DNA from: Bugula neritina
Taxonomy: Eukaryota; Animalia; Bryozoa
DNA: 64,000 nt
Reading direction: 5' to 3'
NCBI GenBank assembly: GCA_964035545.1
Contig: OZ037768.1
Span: 5,922,741 to 5,986,740, forward strand
Shown: positions 37,176 through 50,400 of the stretch, piece after piece
Layout: the number at the start of each line of letters is the position of its first letter
Numbering within the stretch: the first letter of the stretch is position 1
Notes under the pieces: model-generated
What the model was told of the DNA's origin: nothing
The model's input: the letters and a program-made list of their open reading frames with translations, nothing else
Databases searched by the model: none
Made by a program: the position numbers and the translations under genes

Positions 37176-37899
37176 AAGTTTTTACAAGTGGGATCAAATA
37201 TTGAGTGAAAAGTGAAACTAAAAGTTTAGCAATACCCAGTCTCATCACAAATTAAACGACTAGAGTCTAAAACAGTGAAAGTAAAACTAAAAATCACTTT
37301 CTAAAGTATCAATATTATAATCATATTACCATTATAATTCATAATCACAAACTCAAAGTGATATCACAATCCCAAGGCTAAGCCTAATGTCATGCCGGTA
37401 GACTTGGTATAACATTAGCTATAAGCGTTTAGTTTAAGTTTATCATTATCATTATCAGTTATGATTATGATTATAGTTGCTAATAGTAATTATGCTAGTA
37501 GTTAGTGTTACGATTACTCGTGGTCTTATGGCTAAATGGAATAACAACAATGTAAAACACTAAACACTAGTGACTAAAAAGTAACACTCAGTCTCACAGT
37601 CTGAGTCACACTGGTGACTGCTAAACTTGATAATTATAATACTAATAGTAATACTAATAGCCATAGATAGGGGTGGCTGAACAGTACAGGAAATGTACGC
37701 GTAACGATAATATTAATATTGAACGAAACAGCAATTGCAAATGAACCTGTAGAGCAAACTTTGCTTTCTCAAAGAGGTATCCACTATAACTTATAGTATA
37801 GTATAAGTATAACTAAATCTTGCCTCAGATATTGTCCAAATTCCGTTTCGTGCCTGGTTTAGATTGAAGCAGAGTAATCAGTATTATATGCCTTTTAAA

Positions 37900-38140
37900 C
37901 CTTGAATTGTTCTATAAGCAACTCCGAGTTTGGGATTCTCAAGTTTGGAGTTAGAGGTTTACGTTGGAACTTGGAACCCCCAAATTTGAATTTAAGAATT
38001 TTAAACTATTGCACTTATTCACCCCCAATTCGCAGCTGCTTGTAAAATAAATTGAGCAAAAGCATTTGGGGGGGACCTAACTCCAAACTTGAGAACCCCA
38101 GCACGATCAACTCTGCGCTGCTTAAAAAGCAGTTCTTAAA
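37900..38140. mobile_element. Fold-back MITE-like element
   Basis: Inverted arms ttctcaagtttggagttag / ctaactccaaacttgagaa, with outer gaattgttctataagca / tgcttaaaaagcagttc and inner cccccaaat / atttggggg. Confidence 0.6.
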
Positions 38141-39245
38141 CCACAGGGTCAGACAAAAGCTAAAAAGTTTAACTGCGATTGGCGCCACAGAGTTACTATA
38201 ATAATTATTACCATGTGAAATGGAGTCACAACACTCCAATACTCAAAACAAGATCAAAGTTATCAGGTATTAAATGTATGACTGATATTGGCTATCATAA
38301 CCCAAATATATAAATTTCAAATATTTCTTTTGCACTGCTTTTCACTTGCTATATTATGGAATTTGTGGGATTTGTAATTGCTAGAAATGCATTAAAACAA
38401 ACGTTTCACACCTACCTGCCTATTATAGACCTTTAAATACTATGCACAGTTTTAATTATCATAAATACCAATTACTAGTGACAGTTGCATAAGCCCAGCA
38501 AAGGTTACTAACTAGTAACCTTTAACCCTTTACCTACTCTAAGCTATTTTGGGGTCTACATGCATGTATCAAATGAAATCTTCTTAGAGACTTGAAAGCT
38601 TAATTTTGGTGATGTATATATTGTTTCAACGGCCACATCCATTTTACTTGTCACTTTTATATAACAATGCTAACTTATATGAAAGTCATACAACTTAGAA
38701 TGGGAAGGCAAATTCCTAATTGTTATAACTTATACCCCTCTACTAATATAATAAATAGAATACCACAATTATATATAGCTCACTGTAAGCTTGGCACTGG
38801 TTTAATATGTAAACTTATACATGTATGTTTTCGAGTTACTTTTTAATCATGAACAGAATTGTTTTCTTTAGTTCATCAGGATTTGTAAATGTAAGATAAA
38901 TTACTCTTAACCAAACCTCTCATCATTATTAGCTTTAAAATACAATTTATTGGAATAGAGAAAATACAGTTAGTCATATTGTTAAAGTACCTTAAATGCT
39001 CGCAGAGCTCTTTTTATTCAAGTCAATTGAAAAATTTCAGAAAAATTTGCTTTTGTAGACAGATTTAGATTATTTAGAATTATAGGCACAAATTGAATTG
39101 TTAGTAATGGTAAAAGTTAGCAATATTGTATGTGATGTATGTATATGAGTATGTTTGCATGAACTATATAGGCTAGTTTAGTTAATAAACAATAAATACA
39201 AATTTATATCACGATAACACACAATTGAAAAGAAAATTCACAAAG

Positions 39246-42200
39246 CTAGTATCTAAATGGAATCTCTTTAGATGGTTTCCAATTGGCTAAGAATTCATCA
39301 AACATTTCGTTTTCTGCAACAGTCAGGTGGTTTTTCCAATCTCCTATTGTACCTGTAAATTATAAAACTGCATAGGGTAAGTGTGTACTCTAAGCTGTAA
39401 TTTGGTTAACATAATGCTTTGTGGTAGCAGGTATACAAGAGAATTATTGAAATAGGTGACTGACCAGTTGATAGTTATAAATCAACTACTATATAACAAG
39501 TAGAGCCAATTTTCCTCTTTAAAAGAAATATAAACATTGGTTTGTTATTTGTCTAATTATCATTGCATGTTGTACAGTGGTCATTGCTGACAATAATATA
39601 TAATGTAATTAATAACCTAAAGAGACAAGTTCTTAAACTAAATTTAGCAAATTTTACTGATTGAAATATATGACCGTAAATTTACACTTTTTATAATCAT
39701 CTAATTACAGTAGCCTTCATAGTAATTTATTAATATTGGAGCGTAATATAAGCCAACTTTAGTTTGCGAATGATATAAGATATGAATGCCAAGTCTGTAG
39801 TTATAATTGTAAGTATTTGATTATATTTAACAAATCTAGGACCATATTTTATATCGCTAATGGTTAAATCTTTTATCCAAAACTGCCAATTAAACGAAAT
39901 ATAATTTTATTTCATTTAGGCTTCATACAAATGTTTTACCTTTTCTATAAACTCTATTTGATAAATCATTTACATCATCTGCAGTAACACCTTCAATCTG
40001 CAATGTAGAAAAAAGAGAGAAAAATTATTAAAGAACAAAGAAAAAAACAAACACAATGATTCCTTTAGCTTGTATGATACTTCAAGTATGGTATCTAGAT
40101 AAAGAACTTACATATTGCATTCAAAGAGTATACATGAATTTTTGATATGAGTATGACGCACACATAAGTATAAGTATGCTTTCTATAATAACAAATGCAA
40201 TGCTGCTAATACCTGTTTTCTCAGCTCATCATTCATTTTAGTGTTGGCCAGTTTTCCTTTTTTCATATTTTCAAAGTTGGTTGCCTCAGCTATTTGCTGA
40301 ACCAGATCGGTATCTCTTTGAGTTCCCATAAACTCATTCACTTTCTGAATACTTGCCACTGGATCCTAAATTTAAAAGAAAACAAATACAAAGAGGCACA
40401 AATATAAATTATAAGGTTTTACACAATACAGTGACCCGTGAAAATACAATTTCTACTTGTAATTTTATTTTTAAAATCATGTTCATTTAAAAAATTCAAA
40501 CTTCTAATAAATTTTATCTCTTGAAAGCTAATGAAAATCCTTTTTTTAAAAAACCATAAAAAATACTTTCAGTTTAACTGAATGCATAAAGATTACTCAA
40601 AATAGAATAACTTGATATGGTACAACTATGCATGATCAACAATTATTATAAAATAACTATATATACTGAATAGAAAAACATACTAAACCGATTTGAAAAG
40701 AGAAAATTTTCAAAATACTCAATTTAGAGGTTGACATACATAGTTGCATTGAATAAACTCTTTGATGTCACTAAATTTATTAATTCCATTATTTTAAGCA
40801 AGACTTTTGGTTACAACTGTATACTTTTATACATGAAAAAGAAGATAATTCCTATTAACTTGTTAGAATAACAAATTAGTGAAAGTGGCTATATTAATAG
40901 CTTTTAAAGTTGAATAATTATTATGTGCGTGGTAATTAATATTAGTTGCCACAATTATTTCTAAAGCAAGCAGGAAATTCATAATAATGATGTACAATGA
41001 TGCATATAAATTGTTGCACATCATTATTATTATTACTATTATTATTATTATAATGGCAATTACGCCGATATCCTATTTTGTAAACTATTTTCTGAGAATA
41101 GTTGTCCAGGAGATAAAAAGCACCAAAAAAAGTTTCAGAACTGAAAACAAAAATGATTGGTATTCTCACTGGTTTAAGTCTCAGCTGAGCACCTATTTGT
41201 ATTGGTAATTTCAGTTATTTAGAAAGAAACTAGTGGAGATACAATAACTGTTTCAGGCATACCGCTTTCAAATCTTCAAAGAATATAACAAGTATGTTAG
41301 GTTTGTCCCTGAGTGACCACATGTATTCAGTGTAGTCAAAGTAACTGCCATACGGCATGTCTTTGTTAAACAGATACATCTTCAAGTATTGAGAAAAAGA
41401 AACTTGACTCCATTTCTTGAGCCTTGCATTAACAGCTGCCATCTAAAATTGAATGCAACTACTATTTTAATGCAGAACTTGAATGCCGTGGCTATTTCCA
41501 TACAGAAAAAAGCTTTCTAAGAAATATACTATGCATAAGTAAGTGCATACCCTAACAAGCTGGTCCAATAGCAGCTATCAGGTAGTAAGCAATAAATAGA
41601 GGGTTATAAGTATAAAGCATCTAGATCATGTATATATATGCATTTGTGTATAGAAACTTAAAGCCAGAGTGGCTAGTTGAGCTTTGGTTCCATTGAATGC
41701 TTCAGACAATACTTACAATGTGAATTTCGTGATAGTACATTGAAACTGCAGAATCTTTTGGGTTTCTTATCACTAAAAAATAATACAGCATAGACTTTAA
41801 TTTTGACAGAAATAGCAGCAAATAAAATAAATAAAATTCTTATTCAATTTGTAAATCTAAAAAGTAGTTTTGCAACTTTGACCTTCACACTTGATGTTTG
41901 TAACCTGAAAAGGTTGATAATTAAAAAAAAAATTAAATTTAATTGAGGTGGTTTTTGAAACTCATAATTTAAGTTGACAAGAGAAAGAGCAGAATTTCTG
42001 TCGAATTGTATTGGCTAACATCTGTTATTATTTCAATTTAATATTTAAAATAGTCACCAGAAATTTACTTTAGGTGAGGGTGGGGAAATAGGGGCCCCTG
42101 CATATTTCTGTCTAATGTAGTCAAGAGACTCAATACTGTTACAGATTAATAATCTGCCTTAACACAGCAACGTTTTACACTGGGTGCTTACACTTGGCAT

Positions 42201-43185
42201 TTCAATAGTCCCCGGCCTTTTGTACACATTTAATTTACTTATTATTAAATGCTTATATTAATACCTGCTTTTACTGCATACATACATCGGTAAACCAGGG
42301 TGCTGCCCTTACTTTATGAATTTAATAAAGAAATACACAGTAGCTTTGTCAAGAATGGCACTTAGGAAGATGGCCATTGAGCATTTCTGCAGTGGTAGAA
42401 AATGGCGATAGATCATACCAACGAGTAAAAATAAGAGTATATTTGTGTTGATATAAATAATTGCCTTTATTTACTTACCCAACACAGTTTTTCTATCTCT
42501 AAACTCTTGAGGGAGAACATCCAGTCGGTAGTGAGTATTGAGAACTCTAGGAGATGGAAAGACCAAGTCTGACTTACTCAAGGGAAAGAAGTCAAGCATA
42601 CACGCTGCCTTTGTATCTGTTATGTAATCGGCTGACCCTCTCATCAGCATCGTCATTATCTCCCACATGAAATGTGTTCCTAACATATAACATTGAATGA
42701 AAGAGTAATAACTAACTAAGAAATGTATATGACTTTGGTAAAATGGTAATGATAGAACATGTAGGAGTTTCCACTTAGGAGCAGTAGCGGAGAAATTGAG
42801 ATAGCCTCAGTTCTCTAATTTTGGTTTGGGACATGGGTCAAACATGACTTTTTTGCTGCATTTCTAATCTAAAACACAAGCTTTTCTCAATTTCTCCATT
42901 ACTGCACCTACCTCAAAGTTTCCAGGAAATGCAAAGATAGTTTGAAGACTAAAGGAGGGAAATTTCTACACAAAATACGAGTGAACTAAATAAGACATTA
43001 CCATTTTTAGGATAGGTGGCAAGCAAGAAGTCATCACTATGCCATTTATATCCATTTATGTCTTCTTCTATCTTCTTCGATGATTCTTCGTTGATGTACA
43101 CGACAGGAACCTTAACAGAGCCATCCTCACTAGACATGTATTGGTTGGTGACAGCTCCACCTACTGGGTGCTGTGGAATGTCCAT
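39246..43185 (-). CDS. Cytosolic sulfotransferase, copy 3
   Basis: TYPKNGTH, SPRVLNTH, RNPKDSAVS, PYGSYFDY, YRKGTIGDWKNHLTVAENE; same exon structure as copies 1 and 2. Confidence 0.9.
42776..42910. mobile_element. MITE family B copy
   Basis: TAGGAGCAGTAGCGGAGAAATTGAGA / TCTCAATTTCTCCATTACTGCACCTA TIRs. Confidence 0.75.
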
Positions 43186-43398
43186 GGTAACTTTGGGTAT
43201 GTTTTCCCTACGACAAAATAGTATAAAAATTGGACTGTGAAGACAGATCAATGTCGAACAGCTCGCCAGTTAACAAATAAATTGTATTTAGTGGTTATAA
43301 TCATAAAGACAAGACTTAACTTTAAACTTGGTAGCAACTAGTTTCTAGCAACATGTTATAAGGCAGAAGCACATTCATTCAATAACTGCATAATGACC

Positions 43399-43575
43399 AC
43401 TAACCACTGTAACTAACCACTATAACTAACCACTATAACTGACTACTATAACTAACCACTATAACTAACCACTATAACTAACCACTATAACTGACCACTA
43501 TAACTGACCACTATAACTAACCACTATAAAAGTAAAACTGACCACTATAACTAACCCCTAAACTAACAACTAACT
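43399..43575. repeat. 13-bp minisatellite (actaaccactata)n
   Basis: About 12 copies. Confidence 0.9.
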
Positions 43576-46500
43576 ATAGATTAAGTTCATAACTTACAGT
43601 GTCTTTTAAATAGTGTTGATGAGAAATATTTTAGGCTATAGATGTTTGCACTACAGCTCTATTATAGCAATAATGGGTGTCCGCTATGGCATTATTATAT
43701 ATATAGCCTACTGTTAATGGAGGGGGGGAGGGGGGGAAAGTTTCAATACATCATTCCCTGCGCGCTTGAGTGGTCATAGTACTGTTATATGAATGTGAGT
43801 TCATGGAATAGGACATTATTTATAAGAAACCATTAGGGTTTACGAGATGTTAAGTTTCATCATCTGTAGCTGGTCAGGGCTGTCTAGTTGATGAGCACAG
43901 ATATTGCATAATTGTAATCACTTTTTTTTCATCTTTTTGTATATGCAATGAAGTGTGAGCTATCTCACACACCACATAGTAATAATTATATATTATTATA
44001 ATATTCTATTATAATATATGTAATGCTGTAAACCTTCAGGAAATGTTAAATAATTTATTTAACAATATAATAATAATAATAATAATATTTGGAAAAAAGT
44101 TTTGTTCCTATAATGAATTCCTGTAAGTTTTGAAGTGCTTTACTAAACCATATCTGCAGATTATATGGTTTCTTGTCAATAGTGTCCCATTCCATGAACT
44201 CGTATTTTAAGATGCGACTGATGAAATATGCATAATTGAGTAAACTATAGCAAAAAAACAATGTTGAAACCATTTCATCAGCTTTAATCATCAGCTTATT
44301 ACATTGCCAGCTCCACCTATCTGAATGCAAAAATATTATAAATGATTACTAATTGTTTAGCTGTTATGAGGCTTTTTTCACGCCACCTGATTATTAGACA
44401 CACAGTTTAATCATCTTATTGCAGTTGGCGTAGCTGAACTTCTTATAAACTGTTTGATAGCGTGGCAATATAATGTAATTATTATTCTTGCTGGCTTGTC
44501 AACGGACAGGTTTATATACTTGATAATTTAATAACACAACTGTGTTATATTCAAATTAATTAATCCAAAAATAGACATAAAAAGTCATTTTGCATTAAAG
44601 TTTTCTGGATTTGGTTAGAATGTAGTTGTTAAGAAATGGCCAGTTTCTTATTGGTCTTAGATATAGCATTGGAGAAGTTTTTATAAAATAGAGCTTTTTA
44701 ACTTCAATAAGCAAATTTTCCAAGCAATATAGTTTATAGCATGAAACTATTAATAATCAAATTTGAATTCAAATAAAATATTCACACATGACGTATTATG
44801 TATTAGTTACTAAGCTAAACTTCACTGTAGATAGTCCATAATGATAGTGTAGTTAATGTAGTGCAGTGATGCAATATAACACGTAACAGTTAACTTCTGC
44901 TGCATGTGACATCACACACAGTTTGCCTCATATAAGTCAGTGAATAGGTCATTTGAGGAATCATATATAATTATCTTTCATCATGCTTGTTCAATAGCAT
45001 ATTCCACGTGTCAGTACAACAGAGATCATGTTATACCTATGTCACAAACCTTGTTAAACACTCATGGCAATTGTTATTATTGTTTGTCACTATTTTAACC
45101 TATTAATATTAATAAACAAGAAATGAATCTACTCTCTAAAGTTTAATATAAAGTCTTGGCTACAACCTTGTTCTCTGTTTTACCATTTTATTTTCTAGCC
45201 TCTATCATTTCATTCCATTGGCTAGTTCATTATATGTGATACTATTTTATTGGCTAGTTCTGAGGTAAGTGAAGTCAGAGCAACGTACTATGTTAGTTTG
45301 CTCAAAGAAGGGTCTCTTTCTGATTGTGTATATATAATAGTCTTGTTACTGCTAGCTTTATGACTTATCTTCTCTTGACCAGGATTTTGTGCTCTTCATT
45401 TAGACACTATATAGTAGCCATTTTAAAGTGTCTAATACAATTTATGACATGCGGTTATTTACTTACTACCCATTTAGGGGTGTTATAAGTCAATAAGGTC
45501 AAAGGTTGAAATAAATTCTGAGCATGAAGCATATTTTGTTTTACATTCATAAAGTTCAATAATAATGAAACAATTTGATCTCAAAAAGCTGTCAGGATGC
45601 ATCATACATGCCATGTTTTTGTGTTCCCAAGCTCCTGTTTTGTTGTTATATCTAGCATATAAGAAGATAACAATGGACTATGTATGAAAGGTATATACAA
45701 CATAGAATAAGCAATGTATACTTGCAGTGTGTAATATGAAAACATCAATCATAACAATATAAATCTATATAATATAAATTGTATTATTATTGCAACATAT
45801 TTTGTATCTTCTGGTTGAAATATAGTAGACACTTATTAAGACTATTGCTAAGAAAATGTTATATTATTAAAATGTTTTGCAAGTCAGAGAGCTCAAGTAA
45901 CTCTCAGGGTTTCAAACTTTGCATAATGTCAAATATTTTAAATTTATAGCCATAGTTAAAATGTTCAATAGCGCAGAAATATTTTTTTCTGAGGGTAAAG
46001 TGGTAGCTATTGTATGATTACTTGTGCAGCTAATTCTATGTAATAAAAAGAGTTGAGGAGTCAACCTGAAACTCTTTATAAACTTTATGCTTTAAAATTC
46101 TGTAAAACGCGTAGTTGTTTTGACTACTGATATTTAAATGCAGCACCCACATACCTTAAAAAGTGTTCTATACTATTAATATTGCCATTTAGATAAAATG
46201 GATTGGATACTTATACATGTCATAGAGTTATCTTCTTTATCTTTATATTGACTAAACTTTTGTTTTACATTTTACCACTCGCTATAATTGTAAGTGTTTG
46301 TTGAAAGAATATGTATTTCATTTATTGTGTTTCGGTTAGGTGGTCTCATTAAGCTTTGATTGCGTTAAAAAGCTGAGGCTACGCTTGGTTTTGCCTAGCT
46401 GCGCTGCTGCCCTCGTACTCGCAGCTAGCAAGAATTGTATTAAAATTTGATTGGCATTTAAACTCGTCAGCATAACCTAAACAATAAGAACCACTACAAG

Positions 46501-47497
46501 TTTATCGGTATACTTAAAATATTATTAGTTTTATTATGTTGTTTTCATCTTTTCATTTTCATAGTTCCTATTATAATAATAATCAAAGTCTATAGAATAA
46601 ATTAGTACTAGTACTACCAATTCACTAGTACAGTGTGAGTGTACACTCACACTGTGACTGTAGTAGTATACATAAATTTAAATAAATTTATTATTTATAT
46701 TTATTACAGTCATATAATTTGATGTTATAGTATCAAGCTATGATTATAAATATATACAAATAATGAAATTGAAATAGTTATAATGGCAATCAGTGTGAAT
46801 CACACTGATGATTAAACTATTGATTAATAATAATATTATTATAAATATTAGCATGGGCGTGATGGCGATTTTTTTGCAAATAAATTGAATGCCTCTTAGC
46901 TTTTAGGGTTTCTTGACCGTAAGCGGCACAATTTTTTTATATTTTATTAAGAGCATTTTGAGTTTTATAGCTGTCAGTTAATATAACCTCAATAAGCTGC
47001 TTACAATTTGAATTAAATCATAAAGGCAATAGTCTTTGACTGCATAAGTACACTGCCTATGTTTTTACATTTCTAATATATAAACTTCAATTTTTTTACT
47101 AAACCTGCAAATTTAGATCAAAACCATGGCAATTCAAATTATTAGTTGGTCAAATCAGTATATGGTTTAAATAAAAATCAAGTAAAGAGTCAAAGTGATA
47201 ACTTTATTCAAGACGTAGTCAGTTTAATTGAACCCAACAAGTGACATGAACCAACTTTCATTAAATTGGAAATGTTTGATGGAGTATAAAACCTGTAGTC
47301 TTTTACTAAATAGTTTTAATAATTTATTGAAATCAGCTAACAGTTGCATATATGTAGCAGTATTCAATTATTGGTACTTATCAGGCATACTGCAGGTTGA
47401 AAAATAGAATAAGCTATTTTGACTGAAAACAAATTGGTATTCGGTTAAATTTATGTATGTTTTAGGACAAAAAGTATAAAACAGTGGAGGTGAAGCA

Positions 47498-50400
47498 ATG
47501 GAGTTGCCAAAGAAAATTCCTCGAAGTGTATTATCAAAGTCAGCCAAACTTAGTGACACACCAGATGATAAAAAACGAGTTGTAGTCAATCGATATAGAA
47601 TTGAAAAAAAGCTCGGCAGTGGTAATTTTGGCACAGCATATCTTGTCAAAGATCTTAAAACACAAGATTTAAATGAACAGCTGTAAGTATAAAACTCCTC
47701 TTTTGGTTTATTTAGTCTGTGACTGTGAACATTCTATTGTAGCACCAATTTGTGTTTCTTGAATAAACATGGCCGACATTGTGGCATTGGCCAACTCATG
47801 CAACTCATTGTTTTGTTAGCAAAGTACTCAAACAGATTCCTTGCGGAGAGCTGCAACCGGACGAGACAGTTGATGCCATGCATGAAGCCAAACTACTCTC
47901 CAAGTTAGAAAATTCTGGCATAGTAAAGTTCTATGACAGTTTTTTGGAAGGGGAATTCTTTTGTATTGTTACAGAATACTGTGAGGTAAGAGGGTGGAAA
48001 CTAGATAATAACTTTATCTTACAAGATCTGTTTATATCAAGTTGTGTACTAAAGAATGTACTTATTCTTGGATTTATTTTTTTAATATTTTTACAAGGCC
48101 TTATCACATAATTAAAGTAAAGTTAGATTTAATATAAGTGATATATTTTGTATTAAAAATTACATGTTTTATTACCAAATTATTGGCTAGGATTAGAATA
48201 TTCACTTATATAATTCAGTTGCTATATTTTCATAGTAATAGTTGTTTTCCAGGGAGGTGATCTGGATGAATATGTAGTTAGAATGAAGAAACGAGGGCAA
48301 ACAATTCCTGAAAAGCAAGTAATGGATTGGACTGTGGAGTTACTGATGGCAGTTCATTACATGCATTGCCGTCGAGTGTTGCACAGAGATCTAAAAGCCA
48401 GGTTAATATTTACAGTATATTTGTGGTTTGAATTATAGCATAATTTTAAAAACTATTTTATTTCTTCAAGTTTTTATTTAGTAGAATATAAACTCAAACA
48501 TTTGGAAATCATGTGTGACTTTTAAATGCTTGTAGGAACATATTTCTGAGAAATAATCGAATAAAAATTGGTGACTTTGGCATATCAAGAATCCTAATGG
48601 GTACTGCAGATATGGCTACAACATTCACAGGCACTCCGTATTATATGAGTCCGGAAGTCCTTAAACATGAGGGATACAACTCCAAATCAGATGTCTGGTG
48701 CGAATAAATTTTTATAATCATCTTGAAACAGTATTCTTCTACATAAATAACAACGCATAACTTCTATCTAGTAACAGTTTATCTGATACTAAGTTGTATC
48801 TTACAACTATCCATCTTGTAATAACACTTGTACTGTGTGCAGGTCTATCGGGTGCATTATATACGAATTGTGCTGCCATCGTCATGCTTTCGAAGGTCAA
48901 GGTCTAATGGGTGTGATGTACAAAATAGTTGAGGGTGAATGTCCATCTTTACCGGATAAGTACAGCAAGAATCTTCACAGTCTGCTCAAGAAGTATGAGT
49001 ATACACACGTTGCTATTTATCTTAATAGTCTTATCCATGGTATTACTTCTTATAATTAGCCATAAGACCATTTAGACAATTTTGGGTTAAAATCATTTAA
49101 TTAATGCTTTGTAGAATATTTACAAAAGATCCCAAAGAAAGGCCATCAGCATCAGAAATCTTGAAAATTTCATTTGTTTCGCACCACATGGAGGTATGGA
49201 TATTTACAGCTATATTAATCACTTTGGTCAAATTTATTCACATTATGTTATTATAATATTATATTATAGAGTCTATTGTATTCATAGTAAGCTATAATAC
49301 AATACCATATTTATATTTGAACTAACAATGAGTATTTCTTTGTTAATTGTTTCCCAATGCATGATTATTGGGCTTCTTGTTTTGTTTCTTACAGAAAATG
49401 AAACTGAATTCTGAAACAGACTTTAATATGAATCAAGCTGAGGATGAAGCAAAGGCCATAGAGTTAACTTTGTAAGTAAGAAGTCATCCTAACACAGTAT
49501 GTTACAGTAGCAAAAATACACTGCGCAAAACTCATACACAAAGCTAAAATTTCAGCTAAATACATTTGTACATAATACAATGTAAGTAATGCTACAAATG
49601 TGTAGAAGGTAATATTTATACAAACAGTTTCAGCTGTAGATATGATGATTCCTGGCAACTATTTTGATTTAGCACTAAATATTTCTGTCACACATCTTTC
49701 AGTTTGAGGGGTTTTGTAGTTTCTATTCAATGATGATAAGCTAACAAACATTATTAAACTGTAAACAGTATTTTGTATATTGTATATTTGAATAGTTCTA
49801 ATTAGGTTGACATCTCTCATATAAGCTACAAATGTTATAAAATGACTTTAAATTATCCTTTATTAAGAATTGATTGATATACCGTTGGCCATCCAGTGTT
49901 GGAATATAGTACACCTGCTATTTGTATATATTATGATAATTAACATAGTGGTACATGATGTCTCAGTGAACTTTTAAATTTTAATAGGCAGAAGAAATAT
50001 CACATGAAGGATTTCCAACCCAAGTCAGAAGGTGGCAATGCTAAACATCTCACTCCTCGTGAGCGAATGAGGTTGCGGAAGCAGGAAGAGGCGGATCGGA
50101 AAGCAAGAGAACTCTCGTCAGTTTGAATATTTTTCTAATTATTTTTAAAGCTCCAATTAAAAACATAATCACATACCTACAATACTAAACTGCTTTTTTA
50201 TGATTGGCATGAATTATAATGCTCATCGCTTTATCTTTTTCTTAGGTTTTTAATCATTTTGTCAACAATAAAAAAATACTTGATTTCAATTTGGACAACG
50301 AATGTGTATAAACAGTAACACAGTGTGTACATACAATATTCTATATGCTGTCATGTGCAACAGGGAAGCAGCTCGAGAAAACCTCCACGGCAATATGACT

